DNA of 61,282 nucleotides, counting the filler. It is 10 parts of 10 records of this genome, joined end to end, with 100 filler letters (N's around TTAATTAATTAA, not from the genome) between each part and the next. Parts side by side here need not be neighbours in the genome. Positions count along the whole stretch, not along the records: positions 32,460 to 38,984 come from SRR7504441_272; positions 39,085 to 47,630 come from SRR7504441_274; 8 more parts are not named here. One strand, written 5' to 3'. A program made the position numbers and the translations under genes. The notes beneath the pieces were generated by a model, which did no database searches, was not told where the DNA came from, and saw only the letters and a program-made list of their open reading frames with translations. This document shows positions 32,460 through 44,720 of the stretch, piece after piece. Position 1 is the stretch's first letter. The number at the start of each line of letters is the position of its first letter.

Positions 32460-34304
32460 CAGCATCCTGCTGGCGCTGAACGCCGAGCGATTCCTCAACC
32501 CGTCCGCCGAGGACGAGCAGCGCTGGCCGCGGGTGATGGTTTGGCAGACCCAGCACAGCTTCCTGGTGCGGGGCAGCCGGGTGGGCCACTCACCCGGGCT
32601 GGGCAGCTTCCGCTGCCGGAGGAGACCGGCACAGACAGCGTGAGGGTGGCCATGCTCGCCCGGGTCGGCCAGGTCGGCTAGCCCGGTGCAGCTGCAGCTG
32701 AGCGACCGGGCAGACCCGCGGGGACGCCAGCGCGCGTGCGACCTGGAAGCGCCCGCTCACCCGGCACACCTTCTTCGAGGCACCGGCCCAACTGGCTGCT
32801 GCCACTGAGCCAGCTGCAGCTCGAGAGCCTAGTCGGGAGCCGAACGGGCGGGGTGGGCAGCACTGCCTCAATCACGCACCAGCTGAGCCCGCCGGTCGGA
32901 GGGCGTGATATCAGCGGCCGGATCGCGCTCGATTTTGCCGGGAGCTACCCTCACCAGCTGAGCTATCTGGTGAGGCCGGGCCGGTGTGAGCAGCGAGCGG
33001 CGCTGCAGTTGAAAGGCTCGCTGTGGCCCGACGGCCCCAAGGCCGAGGCGGGGGTCGGGATGGGACTGAATGGGTGCCTGCCGGGCAGGCCAGCCGGCTG
33101 AGCCGAGGGGCAGCGAGCTTGGGGCCGAGGCCTCTCTGTCGACTGATGTCGAGACTCGGTTTGGGAAGACTACTGTGAGCCTAACCAGTCAGGTGCCGGG
33201 CGGTGGGCGGCCGGAGTGAGCGCGTGCAGTGGGACCAGGAGCAACCTCGGCTGCAGGCGGAGCTGGTGCGCAAGTTTGGCCGCGGGCAGGGGTACTGCAA
33301 AGCACGGCTAGGGCACGGTGGCTGCGTGCCGCTCGCTAGGCTCACTGGCACGCAGGGATGGCTGGCGTGGTGGTGATGGCGCCAGCGTCGGGGTTTACGC
33401 TGGTGCCGCCCACTGGCCCGGGCTGGGGCGACGGGCCGGCAGCTCGGGTTGGGGCTGGAGTTATCTGTTCAATACGGAATTCTGTGCCGGCTCCAGCTAC
33501 AGCGCTGGGGATACACTCTCCAGCTGCCGATAACACTGACCAGCGACACCAGCTGGAGCAGGTCCACGCTGTTCACGGTGCGCCCAGCGCCCGGCAGACT
33601 GCCGAACGGGCGGCTCAGGTGTTGACGAGCTACGCAGCAGCTGTCGGGCTGGCATCTGTGTTTATTTTTGGGCCAAACAAGCGGAGAAGGGAGCTTCGTT
33701 TGATGGCCGCCAGGTGGCCGAGTGGCGGCGCCTGCGGCCGAGCGGGTGTTGGCAGGAGCACGGCCACCAAGCGCAGGAGAGAAGAGGCTGAGAGTGAGAT
33801 GCACAGCGTAAGGCTGCTGGCCGAGAGCTCGCTGCAGCACGAGCGTGCTAAGGCAGCCCGGCTGAGCTGCGGCCTGTGAGCCGGAGGGCAGCCTGCTGGC
33901 GGGCTGGTCATCTCGCTGGCGCTGTTTGGGATCCTGCCAGAGGAGGCTGAGCTCGCACGGCTGTCAGTGGCGCAGGCGAGTTGGGATGAGGTTCTGGCTC
34001 AGAGTGGCTGACAGGTGGGCGAGCGAGTGGAGACCGGGCAGGAATACTTGGAAGTGACCGAGCAACTGCAGGCCATGGTGCAGGCCTCTGAGCTCTCGGC
34101 CAGCTTTGACATGGGCAATACCGGCCGGTGCGGGGTGGGATAGGCGGCGGCTGAGTGGCTGGCAGGCTGCTGGGGGTGTTTGATCCATGCCCGGAGGTGC
34201 CGACGGCGAGGAAGCAGGTCTACGTGGAGTGGCTGCTCGACGGGGGTACGTTCAAACGGACATATGAAGTTGACGAGCCGGTCACATTGCCGCCCAAGCG
34301 ATAA
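32460..34304 (+). CDS. DNAJC11: DNAJC11-like protein (C-terminal DUF3395 region), 5' truncated, multi-exon
   Basis: Spliced GGLVISLALFG, YLEVTEQLQAMVQASEL and GVFDPCPE..KQVYVEW..DEPVTLP*. Confidence 0.78.
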
Positions 34305-34642
34305 ATCTCGATCTAGTGCAAGGATTAGTCGAATGCCACTAGGATTTGTATGAGTACAAGTACTCGTGTCTAGATCAGCTTTAGATTGATCATCTAGATT
34401 AAATTCACATGTACAAGTGTAGTTGTTTATTTATTTCTAAGCTCTACTATTCGGCCTGATCGGCTCTATAATGATTTGAGAAGTGCACACACATCATCGA
34501 ATCTCGCATTTTTGCCATGATTTTTGCATGATTGAATAATATTGGCTATTCATCATGCATGACGTAACCTGCCGATACTAGGTGACGCAACAACACGTCA
34601 CCGCGACCTTGGCGGCACGACCTGGCTGGCCCAAGCCGCTAG

Positions 34643-35508
34643 CTAGCTGTCAGTGAGAGACGAGCTCAGCTTGCCATGGTTGCTGCCCCAAGACTCACCG
34701 ACAGCCACCGGGCAAGCCACACCGCACAGCCGGCACCAGCACCTCACCGCAAACCCTCTCGTCAAACGACAGAGCCAGCGAGCCTGCCGGTCGGCTCGTC
34801 GCCTTCCCGGCCAAAGGGCACCGTTGCCGCCGTGGAGCACTTCTCTCGCCCTTGGGACCACAGTTGCGCCAGGCTCGAGCTCAATGTCAGGATAGGCTTG
34901 GATAAACCAGGCGTCGTCCAATGCAAGCGCCTGGCCCCGCTAGCCCCCTCCCGCCGCCAGCCGAGTGGCACCTCCAGCGCCGATTCAATGCACATCCTAA
35001 CCCGACTGCCCTCCTGCGGCCGCCGTCAGCCGTGCGCCGGCCGGCGGTGCACCTCGGTGAGGGACTCCCGCTGTTGCCTCATGATGTGCGACAGCTTCTC
35101 AAAGTGGTCCTTGGCCCCGTTGACCTGGCAACCCGAAGCGGTGGGCCCAGCCGGAGGGCGGCGCACCAGCTCGTTGCAGCGGGCTTGCAGCTGCTCTTCA
35201 AGCCTCTTTCGCATGTTAGCAAACTCGTTCTTGATCCGGCCCTCCAGCTCCTTCAGACTCATATCCAGCCCTGCCACCGCTGCCAGGCTGCCGATCGCGC
35301 GGCGCACCGTTCATTGCGGTGCCCAGGTCATGATCGCAGCTATCTACCTCCGCCGCCCGCTTCTGCAGCGCCTCCACCTGTCCGGGTTGCTGGTCCAGGC
35401 TCCGGCGCCGGGGCGCACTTTCTCCTGGATGTCCTGCCGGAGCGGCCCGGCGCCCTTCTTGGCCCGCACCAGGGTACCTGGGGTTGTGGGGGAAGGCGGC
35501 CCGTCCAT
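34643..35508 (-). CDS. Hypothetical coiled-coil protein, multi-exon
   Basis: Helical exons (LKELEGRIKNEFANMRKRLEEQL) separated by short GT-AG introns. Confidence 0.45.
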
Positions 35509-35662
35509 CGTCAGAATGGTCAGATTCTGTTGTGAGCAGCTCGGCCCAACCGCTTCGGATAACGGACATATTCGAAGCAGACGGCCCGGAGAAGAGGGTA
35601 GCTGTAGCCCCAAAGCACAGGGGCGCGACCGGACGCCTCTACTGCTGCTGGTTCTCGCCGAA

Positions 35663-36854
35663 ATGGCCACTCGCTTGCTGCTGTCAGCAGTGCTGCCGGT
35701 GGTCTTTCTCATGTCGGCGGCAGCTCACAGCAACTTGATCAGGCCAAAGCCGCGGAACGCCATTGACAGCGAGCTCCCGGAATGGTCGGACGGCAATGCT
35801 CCGTACTATTGGGTGCCAAGCCTGGGCAAGGACGGCACCCCTTGCGCGTGCAGGAACGGCACTGATGTGTGCGCCCCCGCGCAGACTTGTTTGTGGTTCA
35901 GTGTTGGCTGCACGATTGGCTGCAAAGAGTGCGATGGCGGAGATAAAGGACCGGCAAACCCCAACAGGCAAGACCGGTGCGGCAGCGGCATGAAGGCCAC
36001 CGTCAACGATCCGAAGCACCGCACCGTCAACCGCTTCGCCGAGGCGGGCTCGGAGGCTGATTGGACCAAGTTCAATCCCTGGCGCGCACCCGGTTACGCC
36101 CCGGTGTACGACCCCTGTGGCCGTGCGAGCGGCTCGTACAAAGCGACTCCTGGAAAGGGCGAGTACACCGACACCAAATTTGCCAAATTGGGAGATCTTG
36201 GATCACGTGTGTTGCCCAAGTACGACACTGGCACGGTCTGGGTTGCTGGCAGCGTTGTTGAGACCATGACCAACTTCCGAGCTACCCACGGCGGTGGTTA
36301 CCAATATCGGCTCTGCCCCCTCAAAGCAAACCTTACCGAGGAATGCATGAAGCAAACACCGATGGCATTTGCTGGAAATTCAAAGTTGATGATCTGGAAT
36401 GGCAGCATTGTTGAGCTTGAGTCGGTGGACGTCTCAAATGGGACATTGCCCGTCGGAGGCACATGGCGGGTGGCAGGAATCCCATACATTGACGGCTACA
36501 ACAAGACAAACCCATGGGCTTCCCCTCCGCCGTGCGATGAGCCAGGCTACCCACATCACGCACCCGCAAATTGGGAGCTGGGGGGACATTGCTCGGGCGT
36601 CTGGACGAACAACATCACCATGTATGATTACCTTCGCGTCCCCGAGCACCTGAAGCCTGGCGAGTACGTCTTGGGATTCCGCTGGGACTGCGAGTCCTCG
36701 GTAAGTCCAAACCGCACCGGCGCGTCTGCCCGTAACTAACTAACTAAGTAACACATCTTTTCGTTTGTGCCGAGACTGACCTGACCACCAGGCGCAAGTT
36801 TGGCAGTCGTGCGCAGACGTTACGATCACGGCTCCATCATCAGTACAAGGTTGA
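35663..36854 (+). CDS. Secreted lytic polysaccharide monooxygenase, AA15-like
   Basis: Signal peptide ending AAA|H, HSNLIRPKPRN, THGGGYQYRLCP and GEYVLGFRWDCESS|AQVWQSCADVTI. Intron at 36701-36791. Confidence 0.85.
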
Positions 36855-36936
36855 AATCCATGTCTAGCGACACTGGTGGAGCTCCGGAGCCCCGAGGCCG
36901 GAGGAGGCCTAAACGATTGGGGTAAGCTCCATCAAA

Positions 36937-36981
36937 GACAGATTGTAATGTCGTACGACAGATTGTAATGTCGTACGACAG
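36937..36981. repeat. 20-bp tandem duplication GACAGATTGTAATGTCGTAC x2 plus partial copy
   Basis: Directly visible in the convergent spacer. Confidence 0.9.
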
Positions 36982-37251
36982 TCATACGTTTTCCTCCAGC
37001 CTGGGTACATACATGATTGTACGAGTACATGATTGTAATGTTAGATTCAATATTGTTTTGTAATGCTACAATAATGTTGTACGTACAAGCTAAAGAGACT
37101 CAAATCACTTTATTGGTAAACTAAACGTTAGCTTCTTAGAACTAAATTATAATTATGTGTGTGTGTGTCAATATCTATTTTAGAGGAGTTCCGGGACGGC
37201 CCTCCCCCCCCCGGAACTTGGATGAGATCATAATCATTCGTATACTCGTGA

Positions 37252-38869
37252 TCACTCCTCCCATGAATCGTCATTCTCAGCAGCACTGGGCGGAGTCGTG
37301 GTGTCATCGGTGCCATCAGCCACCACGCCTTCATCCGTTGTGTCGCCAGAGGCTTGCGCGTCTCCAGGGCTGTATGAAGTACATTTGCACACACACTGCC
37401 AGCCTTCGGAGCACGTCTTGGTTGTGGTCTTTCCATCGCAGCCCCCGCCGTAGTTCCAGGTCAAGGAAGCCTCCGTCCCGTCGTCGCTGACTCCACTTGC
37501 CAAGCAAGCCAGTGGCCGCGAGCTGGCGCATAGACCGCCGTTGCTAATAGAAACTGACGAGTACAGATCTCTCATGACTGATAAGCACACCGAATTGGTC
37601 GCAATATTCTCACATGTCTGGCTGCTGTCGGAGAGCGCCGTGCAGTTGTCGGCTGCGGAGGTGACCTTGTAACTTGTGCTGGTGTCGGCACAGGTAAAAT
37701 CGCTTGCCGGATTTACATCATTGCTGCAACTGTTCTCAGTGTAGTCAACGGTACACCTGGCACGTGTCAAGTCAGCATGCAAGGCGTCTATACCCGGCAA
37801 TGCCGTCAGTCGCAAAGGACCTACACTCACTCTCCGGGAGGCGCGTCGAACCAATTCTGCAGCCAGGCGACTCAGCTAAAACCGGATGGGATTGTACCTG
37901 AAATAATAGGATTTGCACCCAGTCCATCCAGACTTGTCGATGTCAATGTAATATGTGCCCGCTTCTGCACTCCCTACGAGGAGCGCCATCGTATGTGTTG
38001 TTCCATCGAGCACCACAGCGGCTGAGTCGGGTGCAGTTGTAGCGTAATAAGTGGCCATAAAGCGCACCAGGTTGTTGTCAGCCTCGCTCTCTACATGAGA
38101 GCCCGACGGAATCGGGTAGCTCTGGGCCGCCGCGACGGTCCCGAAGTTTTGGGTCCAGAAGTGACCGTTGTTGGCATATTGCTCGTTGGCTGTCCCATGG
38201 TAATAGCCGGTTCCGAGGCTATTCCATTGAGAATTGAATATGTTCTGACAATGGCCGGGGCTGTCCCACCAGCCGACCAGCAGAGACCGTATAGGAGAGC
38301 CGTACCTGTCCAGCCGTCAGTCCGGTCCGACGTTTGAGCTCTCAGTACCCGGCATTCACGTTCTCCCCGAAGTAGACCAGCCCCGGTACGTCGAAGCTCT
38401 GAATCCGGTTGCCAAAGTAAGCGCTGCCCCCAAAGAAGGGTGTCTTGTCGGCGCAGGTGTCGTGTGTGCAGGCGCAGCCGTTGGTGATGGCCTGCTCCCA
38501 CGAGTGCCACCGGGCCGCCTGACTGAGCCCGGAGTGGAACCAGACCGGTGCCAGCCTGCTGTTGTCCTGGTGGCACGCTCGGCTGAAGCTCCGCCACTTG
38601 GAAAACTCGGCGTCGAAGCCCTGCGGATCCGTCCGAGCGGCGTTCACGAGCGAGAGCTGCAGCCGCTCCAACTGGCTCGGGAAGCTGACCCGGTCTTGCT
38701 CTCCGCAGAGCGAGGAGCTGTCGGAGCCACAGGCGCAGAAGCTGCCGCATTGGTAGGCGTTGCCCGTCATGCAGGCCGGCTTGGTGTCGATCAGGTCGTA
38801 TGCGCCCCTGGAAACCGAAAGGCCAATGACCAAAACCAGCCCGCGGCCGAGCAGCGCTCCCGGCGTCAT
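37252..38869 (-). CDS. Secreted Cys-rich CAP/SCP-domain protein, multi-exon
   Basis: Signal peptide. LVNAAR, AARWHS, GENV, WWDSPGHCQNI and WTQNFG motifs. Cys-rich C-terminal half. Confidence 0.78.
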
Positions 38870-38984
38870 GCCCTTCGAGTAAAAGTTGCAGTTTCTTCAC
38901 TGCTGAGAATCACTGCAAGCCAAGGACGTGCGGCCGCTCGCTAGCTCGCAAGTTGGGCATGAGGGAAGCTGATAGGGTGTTGCC

Positions 38985-39084
38985 NNNNNNNNNNNNNNNN
39001 NNNNNNNNNNNNNNNNNNNNNNNNNNNNTTAATTAATTAANNNNNNNNNNNNNNNNNNNNNNNNNNNNNNNNNNNNNNNNNNNN
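38985..39084. other. Artificial contig linker
   Basis: N44-TTAATTAATTAA-N44. Confidence 0.98.
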
Positions 39085-39362
39085 GGCGGGGCCGGGTGTA
39101 CTGAGCGTGCGCTCTTCTGAGACGGGCTTCTACCGTAGTCCGGATCTGTTGTTGATCATGAGGAGTCAGATCCGTAGGGCCTTAGACTGAGACTGCAGGC
39201 GGCACCTGGACTCCTCGAGTCGCAGCCGCATCGGCCGCCGCTCCAATGCTGGCGACTGAGTCCAGCGCGGACCGAGTCTCTTTGGCGACGGAGCCACTTG
39301 ATGAACTTGAGGAACTCCGGTCGATGCCGTTACCACACGCCATAACGGCCGGCGGAAAGGAC

Positions 39363-40420
39363 ATGTCCACACCCGAAGCTGGTCCGGACCAAGCACCGCT
39401 CGACCCGGCGATTGAGAAGCGGCTCCGCGACGCCTTCAAGGTGGCCAGCGAGCCGCCGACTGACTCGAGCCGGTGCCAGCGGCACGACCTGAACGGGGAC
39501 TCGCAGCTGTCAGCGGACGAGCTGAGCGGGATGCTCAAGGGGATGGAGTACTGGGAGTGGAGCCTGCTCGACGCGGACCAGGACCACAAGGTGAGCGAGA
39601 AGGAGCTGATCGCGCTGGCCGGTCAGATCCTGGCCACCCGAGGAAAAAGACCGCTCGAGACCTTTGTGCAGGATTTTGAGGTCAGAGTGCAGGCCCGGGC
39701 CGTTGCCGAGGCCGGGGGCAGGATCTGGAGCCGCGACACTCGCTCCGGCCGAGCCAACGCAAGCAGATCGTCCAGATCTTCGGCGGAAAATGTGAGATCT
39801 TTGAGTCGGAGAGCCATCTGTTCACCACCCGCAACGGCCACCAGGCCAAGTCCTCCACGCTGCACATCGAGGGCGTGCTAGCCGGGTTTAAGCTGGCGTA
39901 CGGCAACACAGCGCTCGATTGCCTGCTGGGTGAGCTGGAGGCCATTCGGGTCCAGCGCGAGCTGCCGGCGCTCGGCTCCTCCGAGGTGCTGCAGGCCATG
40001 TGTGTGTACCTCGCGCTCAGGGCGGAGCTGATCAGCCGCCAGAGCTCGGACACGGAGCTCCGCTCCTCGCTGGGGAGCAGCCCCAGGTCTAGTGCAGGCT
40101 CGATGGTAATGCACGGCGAGCTGAAGATTGCCCAGTTGAACCGGCAATTTGGTACAAATACGACGCTCTGCAAGGTGCTCGATGACTACCAGTCGCAGAG
40201 CGATCCGCCAGAGCTTTGGTTGAGCGAGCGGATGCTGGTGAGGACCATCGTGAGCCTGGGGTGTGCCGAGGAGGCGGTTCTGGAGCTCGGCCAGACGGAG
40301 CCGATGAAGCTGCGGCTGTTGGAGGCGCGCAAGTGGCTCAAGGGCCGAATCCCGGTGGACAGTACGTCTGGGGATTGCGCCTTTTGTGGTGTGGTCAGGG
40401 ATGGCTGTCTAGTGATGTGA
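39363..40420 (+). CDS. EF-hand protein, multi-exon
   Basis: DLNGDSQLSADEL and DADQDHKVSEKEL loops. Start is uncertain (39246 or 39363). Confidence 0.7.
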
Positions 40421-40593
40421 TCAATACGTAATTAATGCTAGAATAGATTTACATATTCTATATGTACATGACATTGTATTCATTGTGTGCTTTTATTGAT
40501 GCTTTATCACGATAAAAAGCACATTTGAATCACAATCATGAGTACTTGTACTGTATGTATGCGGATGACTCTGACCCTCTTACGGATTGAGAA

Positions 40594-42773
40594 TTAAAAT
40601 GCCCAGTTCTTCTTCTTCTTCTTCTTTCCCTTGCTAGAATCATCGGGGTCCTCAGCGACCTTCTTCTTCTTCTTCTTCTTCTTGGTCGTGGCAGATTCAA
40701 CGATCTTCCTAAGCTCGTCCTCCTCCTGTGGTCTTGACTCTGGCTCCTCTGGCGCAGCCTCAGGCTTTTTCTTTTTCTTCTTCCCCTTCTTTGGCAGGTC
40801 TGAGCTCCCACCCGACTTGAACAGCTCGTCAATCTCCTTGGATGCCCCAACCCCGATCGCCAGACCCTCCGGCTCGTCTGGCTGCTCCGCAGACATCTCT
40901 ACCTTGCGCTTTTTACTGCTCGGTTTGGCAGCCTCGGCCTCTTGATCGCCGCCCCCGAATAGATTGTCTACACCCATCAAATCCTCAAACTGCTTCTTCT
41001 TCTTCCCTGCAGACTCTTCAGCCTGTTGCCACGCAGCCTCCCCAGCTTCGCGCCACCGACTCACTTTGCAGTTCCGCAGCACGAACCGGCCGTAGAAATT
41101 GCCCGACAGCCGGGCCTCGTCCGGAGCCAGCTCATCCACCATCTCGCGCTTGCCACCAATATCGCTTGCCTTGTACAGCGCTTCGAGCACCCTCGAGCCA
41201 AACTTATCGCACGCGAGCTCCGACAGCTTGCCTCGCAGCGCCTTGGCCACTTTCTTCTTAAATTTGGGCAGCGCTTCCGACCTGCGGGAACACCTCAAGC
41301 CAAGCCTTCAGATAGACACCTGAAGTAGCTTTCCATCGTATGGCTCCCAGTAACGTCTTTTGAAAGCTCCACTGCGGAGGCAGACGCCGCATCCGCAAAC
41401 CCCCTCGCCCAAGCCCGGGCCACTGTGCTCTCGAATAGCATCACCGTCTGCAGAATAGTGGCCCCTGTAATTTTGCGCCCTAGCAAGGCCTGAACCGCAT
41501 CAGCTGGCCCTTCGCAATCGAGCGCTGCGACTAGCTCAGTCAGCAGGTCTTGCTGTGACAGCCGCAGCCGGGCGCTCAGTTGCAAAAGCTCAAACAGCAC
41601 TCCGCCGCGCCCGAGCAGCGGCCGGACGTGCGGCAGGAGCTCCTGGATCACGCCCTTGGCCATACCCGGGTTATCGACTCTCTTGATGAGGCTTTGTAAG
41701 GGATAGTTTGCACACGGGTGCTCCGCAAGCTCGGCTAGCCGGGTGCGGAATATCTGGGCATGGATCTTGACAGCCAGCTCGTCCGAGGCGCACTGGACTG
41801 CCTTGTCAGCTACATGGCTCCCGACTGGGTCCATCAGCAGCTCCAGGTCAGCGTCAGCGTCAACTCCCATGATCCCGCTGATCATCCGGTCGGCCGGCGC
41901 GCCCGGGCACATCTGGAGCATCGCCTGGAGCACCGGCGCCCCGTGCTGGTGGTAAGCCAGCTCGCTGCCCATCGGCTCACCGGCTGGCCGGCCAGTGAGG
42001 CACCGAAGATCGTCGACCGAAGTCTCCTCAAAGTCTTTCACAAACGCGGCAGCCGTCGCCTCGAGTGCCGCGATCGGAGTGAGCTTGACTGCCTTGGCCG
42101 GCCGGCGGTCGTGTCCAGCGTGCTTTCGGTTGGTGCCGTGTTGCCGGACCTGAACCCGATGAGGCTGAGGGTGGTGAGGCGCACCTCTGGCTTGTGGCCC
42201 TGCAGCAGCTTGAGAACCGTCCGGAGCACGTGGCTCCCGTGGCAGTCCACCACCAGTACGCCCCACACCTCGCCCACCTTCTCGCACGCCTGCACCAGCA
42301 GCGGCCCCAGCTGCTTGCCCTCCGGCCGCTCCACCGCCTGCTGTTGCTCCTCCAACGCCAGCCCGAACAGCACCGCTGGCCCACGGCTCGCCCAGTCCGG
42401 CAGGCCGCGCACCCAGAGCAGTCTCGATCACATGCGACGAGAACCGGTCGGCACACAGGTCCGAGAGGCTGGCGGCCACCAGCAGGCTGCTCACAAAACC
42501 GTGCACCTGGGTTGGGTCGGACAGCTGGAGCACCTGCCGGCCTGGCTCGCCGGGCGGGGGTGGCCGAGCGACCTGTTCGAGGATCACGGAGCCCTCTCGA
42601 TGCCAGGCCAGCTTGGCGTGCACTTTATTGGTGTTGATGTCCTGCACCACGGAGCTGACGAGCGCCTGCTGCTCCTCCTCGGGCATCTCGCCCGCCTCGA
42701 TCAGCTGCTTGATCTCGCGGTAATACTTGAGCACATCGTGGCTCAGCGGGGCGCCCTTGTCCACCCCACTCAT
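40594..42773 (-). CDS. NOP9: Nucleolar protein 9-like Pumilio-repeat protein
   Basis: FSSHVIETAL, HGSHVLR, GSHVAD, ANYPLQ and DKFGSRVLE repeats with a K-rich tail. Five 35-39 nt introns. Confidence 0.85.
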
Positions 42774-42904
42774 GCTGCGGCCGGTCCTGCTCCGCTAGAG
42801 AGAGCCGACAGTCCGGTGTGCTTCGCGAGCGCGCCACGCAAAAGAGAGGTGTGCGCAGGCAGGGTACTCAGACAAGGCGCGTTGGTCCATTGGGCTGGTC
42901 CAGG

Positions 42905-43528
42905 ATGCGCAGGGGCGGGGAGGGCCTGTCGCTGTTGTTCCTCAGCCTGCTGGTGGCGGCGGTGACCATCGTGATCCTGATCGCGCTGGCTCTGTCCACC
43001 TCCGAGATCATGCAACTGCTCCACTGCTGCCGCCGCTGGCTCGAGCCCCGCCAGGGTGCCCCCAGCCCTCAGCAGCCGCCAGCCGGGGTGGGGACAGACC
43101 CGCCCGAAGACTATGAGTCGCACGTCTCGATCTTGCTAGCCCACCAGCGTCAGGAACTGGAGGCACCCAACCCACCGGCTGCAGTGATAATCACCCGGGC
43201 GCAGGCCGGGTAGCGCGGCAGCGGGATGGAGCGGCCAGAGCGCTCGCGGGAGTCAACATTAGTCTGGCCACCGGGCGACAGGCTCGGCTGAAGACTGCCC
43301 CAGCCTGGCGCGCTGCACTGCGGCCGGCGGGTGGAGAGCCAACTTGCCTCCTGGACTGCCTCAGCCTGCGGCCACTGTCGCACACCGGTCACGTGGTGTA
43401 TGGGAGCAGAGGTCGCGGAGCCTGACTGGCTTGAACATTGTACCTGTATCTGGCTACATCTATTTGGGAGCGCTCAAGATAACTATACGAGTAATCGTAC
43501 ATTTACGGTAGTACGTGGGTCAGAGTAA
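42905..43528 (+). CDS. Small single-pass membrane protein (3' end uncertain)
   Basis: Hydrophobic LSLLFLSLLVAAVTIVILIALAL after ATG 42905. Confidence 0.4.
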
Positions 43529-43677
43529 GGCTTGGATGGCTTACATGTAGTTTAGTATGAGTACATTTGTCTAGGTTGGGACGCATGGGCACTGGGCATA
43601 GGGCCGCAGCCATTCCTTAGTATATACGATTAAAAACCTCCAGATAGCACGATTAAACCGCTCTCGACCTCACAGTG

Positions 43678-44720
43678 TCATTTGCCGAGCCGGCCTGCGT
43701 GGTAGTCTGTGTTAGCTTGCTGAATTTCGGCTGCAGTGTTCATAACAAACGGCCCGCGAGCAGCGATTGGCTCATCAATCGGCTCGCCAGCTAACAGCAG
43801 CACGGACGTCTGTGGCTCAGTGGCCTGGATGACCACTGCCGAGCCGGCCTTCTCGAGTATCGCCACGCTCTGCAGCCCGAGCCGTTCGCCTTGCACTATG
43901 GCACCGCCCCTTCTCACGAAGAGCACCACATTGTTTCCAGGTACAGTCTCGAACAGAAACGGCTCGTCCGGCCTCTCGATCAGTATATCCCATAAATCCA
44001 CTTGAGTGAACGTGCTTGCCGGGCCGCGCACACCGTTGGCCTCGCCTGCAATCACCCTGATGCAGCCATACTCTGGCCCGAGCTCCTCGCCGCCCGGAGC
44101 CCTGAGCGGGGCCACAGCAATCTCCCGGGACAGAATCGGCTGGTATCGGGGTGGGTCCAACTTGTGCCGGGCCGGTAAGTTAAGCCAGAGCTGGCACATC
44201 TCAAACACGCCGCCTCGGGCGCTGAACTCAGTCGAGTGAAACTCCTCGTGGACAATCCCGCGAGCGGCGGTCATCCTGCCGTTATTTCTCAGCCAAACCC
44301 AACCCCAGCGCTGACCACTGCACGTCGCCGGGCCCGATCACCCCTCGGTTTCCAACAGAATCGGCGTGCTCCACCTCGCCTTGGAACGCGATCGTGATGG
44401 TCTCAAACCCTCTGTGAGGGTGCCGCCCCACCCCACGCCGGGCGCCACCGCGCTGGGCCGCGAACTCCTTCGGGGCGGCGTAGTCAAACATGAGGAAGGG
44501 CGACAGCTCACTTGTAAACGCCCGGCTCCCGAACACCGGGAACACGTAAAAGCCGTCCCCGACCCAGTGCGGGCGGGGACGCGGTACTACACTCTTGACA
44601 GCCTTCAGCGTGTGAGTGATTGGGCCGCGGACTGCGCGGACTGGCAGTTTGGTGTCGAGGCCGCGGTCTGCCCACACGCTGTTGACCGCCGGTTCCGTTG
44701 CCGAGAGTTACACCACGCAT
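43678..44720 (-). CDS. Pirin family protein (start uncertain)
   Basis: HWVGDGF, HPHRGFETIT, GDVQW|MTAARGIVHEE, QLWLNLP and GPFVMNT. One 40-nt intron. Confidence 0.92.

Noticed and set aside
34676-35662. 687-aa ORF as one protein
   Set aside because: The first 329 codons are the antisense shadow of a minus-strand gene. The LPMO starts at ATG 35663 with a signal peptide.
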